This document shows positions 59,576-64,000 of a stretch of 64,000 nt of DNA, one piece after another (the first letter of the stretch is position 1; each line of letters begins with the position of its first letter). This DNA is from Flectonema sp. DT1601 (Eukaryota). Location: NCBI GenBank assembly GCA_964019425.1, contig OZ025788.1, positions 1,116,001-1,180,000 on the forward strand, read 5' to 3'. The translations under genes were made by a program, and so were the position numbers. The notes beneath the pieces are model-generated. The model made no database searches and had not been told where the DNA came from. It saw only the letters and a list, made by a program, of their open reading frames with translations.

Positions 59576-62500
59576 ATGATACTTCGACACTTTCTATTCT
59601 TGTTGATAGTTTTAGTATTTGATGTGGTCGATTGTTTGATAATTATTGACCCAAACGAGTGTTTGAACGGATTTGTAGCCTTCCCATCTGGTGATGATGC
59701 ACGGATAACATGCACTGGATCTGTTTGTACGAACTGTCAGATGACTTGCGACCCAGGTAGAAGTTGTGAAGTTATTTGTGACACCATCGAATCTTGTAAA
59801 GGTGCTGGTTTTATTGGAGGTAACAACGGTCAGTTAGTATTAAATTGCAATGGTGAGCTTTCTTGTTCAAAAACTGAAGTAAGACAGTCAGGAAACTCAC
59901 CAACAACTATTAATTGCGCAGGAATAGCATCTTGTTCTGAAATGAATGTAAAAAGATCAACACTTTTTACATCAACAGCCAGCCTCTATGTTGACTGCAG
60001 TAATGATGACAGCTGTGTCAACTCAATTGTCACATGTCCAACACTAAGCGGATGCACAGTTGATTGTGAAGCCAAGTCTTCTTGTAAAGGTGCAGACGTA
60101 CGTTGCTCCTCTGATAGTGGTACTTGTAATCTTTACTGTTCTGGGGATGGTTCTTGTGAATCCACTCGATTCGATGCGACTACTGCCACTGCTCCAACAA
60201 CAGCAACAGCTACTTGCACAGACCAGGCAGCATGTAAAGGTGCAGACATAATGTGTGGAAGTTCTTCTTCTTGTAAACTACGCTGTTATACAAATGGTGC
60301 TTGTGAGGGAACATCAATAGACTGTCAGTCTTCAAGTGGATGTAAAGTATTGTGTTCTGCGAGTACTTCTTGTGATAATGTAATAGCAACAGGTTTTCAA
60401 AGCTTTTGGTGTGTCTCTACCTCTTCTTGTATTAATCCTCCTCCTGGTGCTATTATTGGACCAACTCCAGTCCCTGGAGCTACAGCAGTACCGACATCAA
60501 TTCCAACTGATATGCCAACGGCAGTTCCAACTACTACTCCACTCACAGCCATTCCAACTATTGCACCGACAAGTGTTCCTACAGCTGTGCCAACAGCCAC
60601 GCCAACTGTTGTCCCGACTGCCGTACCTACAGCAGTTCCTACGGCAACCCCGACTGCTGTCCCGACTGCTGTCCCGACTGCCGTACCTACAGCAGTTCCT
60701 ACGACAACCCCGACTGTTATCCCGACGGCGGTGCCTACTGCCGTTCCGACGTCTGTTCCGACGTCCGCCCCGACGGCAATTCCAACGGCTGTTCCAACAG
60801 CCGTACCTACGGCAATACCCACGACAATACCTACAGCCGTACCAACTGCTATACCAACTGCAGTCCCCACAGTCGCACCCACGGCCGCACCCACAGCCAC
60901 GCCCACTGCTGTTCCTTCTACTCCGACTGCAATTCCAACAACGGTGCCTACAACTGTTCCCACAGCCATGTCAACTGCTATTCCAACAACCGTACCCACA
61001 ACTGTTCCCACAGCAACCCCGACTGCTATCCCGACGGCTGTGCCTACTGCGGTTCCGACCCCTCCGACAGCAACACCCACAGCGACTCCAACGGCCCAAC
61101 CGACTACTTCTGCAACTGCGGTTCCCACTGCAGCTCCAACATCGCCGACTACGGTTGCCCCAACTGTGATACCAACGACTGTGCCGACTACAATGACACC
61201 AACGTCGCTTCCGACATCCACTACAATACCGACAACAGCAGTGCCATCAACTTTGACAGCAGAACCAGCGGGGGCTGTGCCGACTGCAGTTCCGACAACT
61301 GTTATAACAACGATACCAACTACAATTCCAACAGGAGCCCCTCTAAATGATACAAACTACGCTATGGAGGTTATTTCGATGGTGAGAATGAGTGCCTCCG
61401 AAAAGCCAGCAGTTTCCGACATGAAGAACTACGGCTATCGACTCTCAGCTACCGTAACTCGAGGAACCTTTGTTGATATCGATACCATACGTAGTAATAT
61501 TAAAATGTATTTATCTATAAAAGGTTCTTCAGTAACGAAGAATGGAGCATCAGACCTCGTTACTTGTTGTGTAAATAAGTTCATAACTATTTCATCAACG
61601 ATTTCAAACAGAATAGAGATTCAGATTGGACCAATGAAACAGTATGAGGCTCCATTGGGAGAAGAAATCACAGTCGAGTTGTTGGAACCTGTCTTCAGTC
61701 AAAAAACAACTATATCGAAACCAGCATACGTCACTGTAGTAGAGGAAGAAACACCAGAGGAAAAAATTAGCAAAGTTGCTATCACTACTGGAGGCGTTTT
61801 GATTATTGCGACGGGACCTCTTGGAGCAGCTGCTGCACCAGCAATTGCTCGTCTTGCTTTGTTAGGTGACAAGAGCTGTGTTCACACTCATGAACGTCCA
61901 CGGTTACCTTTTTTCTTACATCCAACACAAGTCACCATTGGAACATACTACAGTGGAGCAGTCTTTATGAACTTTGTTATTGTCGTTTGTAGTTTTATAG
62001 TTCATGCCCTTCTCGGATCGTTAATAAATGTAATCTTTAAAGGAAAATACAACGGTCACATCCTACTTAAATTCCCTGGAGGTACTTGTTTTATACCAAT
62101 ATTCTTATATCAAGGAAGTGTTGCAGCTGCGTGGAGGATGCTTGTCCGTCCTGAACAACTTTGGGAAGTCGGTGTTGCAATTATTACGTTAGTGGTGGTT
62201 GGAATTGGATTTCCGTTCAGTCTTTATAAACATGTCTTGAGAAATATACCTGACAACTCTGTTTACCAAAACGAACCTCCTCCAATTAATAAAATTAAAA
62301 AATATTTTTTGGGACCTGGAGAGTGGGTTTCAAGGTCTGGAAATTTTCACGGATTTTGGGGAACTCTGTACAAGTCATTTACAAAGAAGGGAATGATCTT
62401 TACTCTGACGATGTGGTTACTAATTGCGAATATGTTGTCAATCGGATCTGCTGTACCGAGAACGACATTAGTAGCTTGTGGTTTGAGAAATTTATTTTCG

Positions 62501-63283
62501 AGTCTTATTATTTTTATGCTAATTCCACTGACACTTTACAACAAACCATTTGTCCGACCGAGAGACACTACTCATGAGATATGTCAGTCTTTGAGTCAAG
62601 GAACTGCAATCTTACTCCGTGGGATTTCATTCTTATCAGGAAATGTTGAAGGGACAGCATTCTCAGTTGCAGATGTGTTGATATTTATGTCTACGGGGTT
62701 TGCGATCGGTAAAGCCTTAGCAGATTGTGCTACGGAAATCATAAGACATTGTACAGGTAGAGAAGAAAAACTCCGCCAACACTACCTCATCTCAAACAGT
62801 CTCGATATTGCTGATGTAGAAAGTTTGGAAGAACTTATGATGACAGAAAATAATTTAAACACAACAATCTTATCGGATAATCTTGATGACAAACCTCAGA
62901 ACTCAATGAATTCAATATCTGTTCCTTCTCCTGATGGCAGCTATCCAACTACCCCAGCAGCGCTTAGTCCATCGGAAGCTTTTATGGGATCGAGACACTT
63001 TGCTTCTGATTTTGGGAGGGGGACATCAAAGCCTCGTTCTCGTTCTCCGTCTCCCTTCAAATGCACATCTCCGTTCGTTCTATCTCCACCTCGTCCTCGT
63101 AGTAGATTATCAACAACTTATACATCTATTGATGATTGCTTTATTGATCAAGATCAAGGACCTGCTGGTCGTACTCGACAACGTTCCAGTAGTGGAATAG
63201 ACAGCAGAGGAAGTGAAGTATCTGTTGGACGTGGTAGGAATAGAGGATCAACAGCAACTAGACAGGGCATGTTAACTGTGTAG
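59576..63283 (+). CDS. Cys-rich, mucin-stalk (PTAV)n, multipass membrane surface protein
   Basis: Signal peptide, ~260-aa Cys repeats, ~290-aa PT repeats, multiple TM segments, Ser/Arg-rich tail. Confidence 0.88.
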   Translation: MILRHFLFLLIVLVFDVVDCLIIIDPNECLNGFVAFPSGDDARITCTGSVCTNCQMTCDPGRSCEVICDTIESCKGAGFIGGNNGQLVLNCNGELSCSKTEVRQSGNSPTTINCAGIASCSEMNVKRSTLFTSTASLYVDCSNDDSCVNSIVTCPTLSGCTVDCEAKSSCKGADVRCSSDSGTCNLYCSGDGSCESTRFDATTATAPTTATATCTDQAACKGADIMCGSSSSCKLRCYTNGACEGTSIDCQSSSGCKVLCSASTSCDNVIATGFQSFWCVSTSSCINPPPGAIIGPTPVPGATAVPTSIPTDMPTAVPTTTPLTAIPTIAPTSVPTAVPTATPTVVPTAVPTAVPTATPTAVPTAVPTAVPTAVPTTTPTVIPTAVPTAVPTSVPTSAPTAIPTAVPTAVPTAIPTTIPTAVPTAIPTAVPTVAPTAAPTATPTAVPSTPTAIPTTVPTTVPTAMSTAIPTTVPTTVPTATPTAIPTAVPTAVPTPPTATPTATPTAQPTTSATAVPTAAPTSPTTVAPTVIPTTVPTTMTPTSLPTSTTIPTTAVPSTLTAEPAGAVPTAVPTTVITTIPTTIPTGAPLNDTNYAMEVISMVRMSASEKPAVSDMKNYGYRLSATVTRGTFVDIDTIRSNIKMYLSIKGSSVTKNGASDLVTCCVNKFITISSTISNRIEIQIGPMKQYEAPLGEEITVELLEPVFSQKTTISKPAYVTVVEEETPEEKISKVAITTGGVLIIATGPLGAAAAPAIARLALLGDKSCVHTHERPRLPFFLHPTQVTIGTYYSGAVFMNFVIVVCSFIVHALLGSLINVIFKGKYNGHILLKFPGGTCFIPIFLYQGSVAAAWRMLVRPEQLWEVGVAIITLVVVGIGFPFSLYKHVLRNIPDNSVYQNEPPPINKIKKYFLGPGEWVSRSGNFHGFWGTLYKSFTKKGMIFTLTMWLLIANMLSIGSAVPRTTLVACGLRNLFSSLIIFMLIPLTLYNKPFVRPRDTTHEICQSLSQGTAILLRGISFLSGNVEGTAFSVADVLIFMSTGFAIGKALADCATEIIRHCTGREEKLRQHYLISNSLDIADVESLEELMMTENNLNTTILSDNLDDKPQNSMNSISVPSPDGSYPTTPAALSPSEAFMGSRHFASDFGRGTSKPRSRSPSPFKCTSPFVLSPPRPRSRLSTTYTSIDDCFIDQDQGPAGRTRQRSSSGIDSRGSEVSVGRGRNRGSTATRQGMLTV
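60460..61340 (+). repeat. Coding (PTAV/PTTI)n 12-bp repeat
   Basis: Tetrapeptide repeats with synonymous divergence. Confidence 0.95.
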
Positions 63284-64000
63284 CTCCACTCTTTGGGGTT
63301 TCCATCCATAACCTCCGAAAAGTATTATTTGTCACAATTTTCACTCCACTTCATGACCTCAAAAACAGGTTGCTCATCTTCGACTCTCTTGCACTGAAGA
63401 CTTGTCACCTTTGGTCTGTTGTGTTTATGGAAGCGAAAATATTTTAAAACCGAATGTTTGGAAGACGTCTTACGTAGTATTTTAATTCTCTCTTTTTGTG
63501 GTGGTTGTCGACGTACTCTTCCTCTTCCTCTTCCTCTTCCTCTGTTATTGTTTTTACGGAAGAATTTTATTATTCTTTTTTAAAATGATAGTTTGATTAC
63601 CTAACTCGGACATTATTCGATGGTCGGGGTGTATTGTTGTTCTCTTTTTTGCTGGCGATATTTATATAGCTTCGAAAGGCAAAAAAAAAAAAAAAAAAAA
63701 CGAAGTCTTTTTATTTATATTTATATTCATTGTTTGCGAAGGCAATGATATTTTTAAAGTTCGAACGGAAAGCGAACATTCTTTGCTTTTGTCCTGATGG
63801 CCCTCTGTTTCGTTTATTTTTTTTTCATTTCATTATTTTTTATTGTGTTTATCAGAAATGAGGGTTTTTGATCAGTTTTGCTTTTCCATTTTTCTCTCTG
63901 GGAAAACTTTGTATTTGTTAGTGTATTTTTGCTTGTTTGAGTACAGTGCTTTGACTAAGTGTGCAAGCACGCACTTTCCCATATTTTTAAACTGGAAGCA

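Noticed and set aside
60397..61221. Antisense and alternative-frame ORFs over the PTAV repeat
   Set aside because: Shadow frames of the coding repeat.

Overview
AT-rich eukaryotic genomic DNA. Short GT-AG introns (many with GTATG donors), long poly-A/T tracts and about 24 consecutive genes on the + strand point to a euglenozoan, probably diplonemid-like; this is inference only. The window has three zones. (1) 1-13.7 kb: a nest of fragments of an RLE-type (HERO/R2-group-like) non-LTR retrotransposon. Its 3' UTR runs into a polarised tandem array of ~110-150 bp triple-hairpin units. Truncated copies carrying this tail sit antisense inside the element's own coding sequence, and a Mutator-like MITE with tRNA-like boxes interrupts one array. 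(2) 13.7-19 kb: decayed DNA-transposon material (hAT-like transposase, a divergent frameshifted ORF), ending in a divergent U2 snRNA copy. (3) 19-63.3 kb: a unidirectional host gene cluster: RluA-like pseudo-enzyme, PPR-like, BRCT, POT transporter, cyclase-like receptor, lipase, tautomerase, LRR, POC5, PDZ, cathepsin L, TMEM216-like, DHHC, DUF72, L/F-transferase-like and a Cys-rich mucin-like multipass surface protein. All calls were made by eye; no searches were run.
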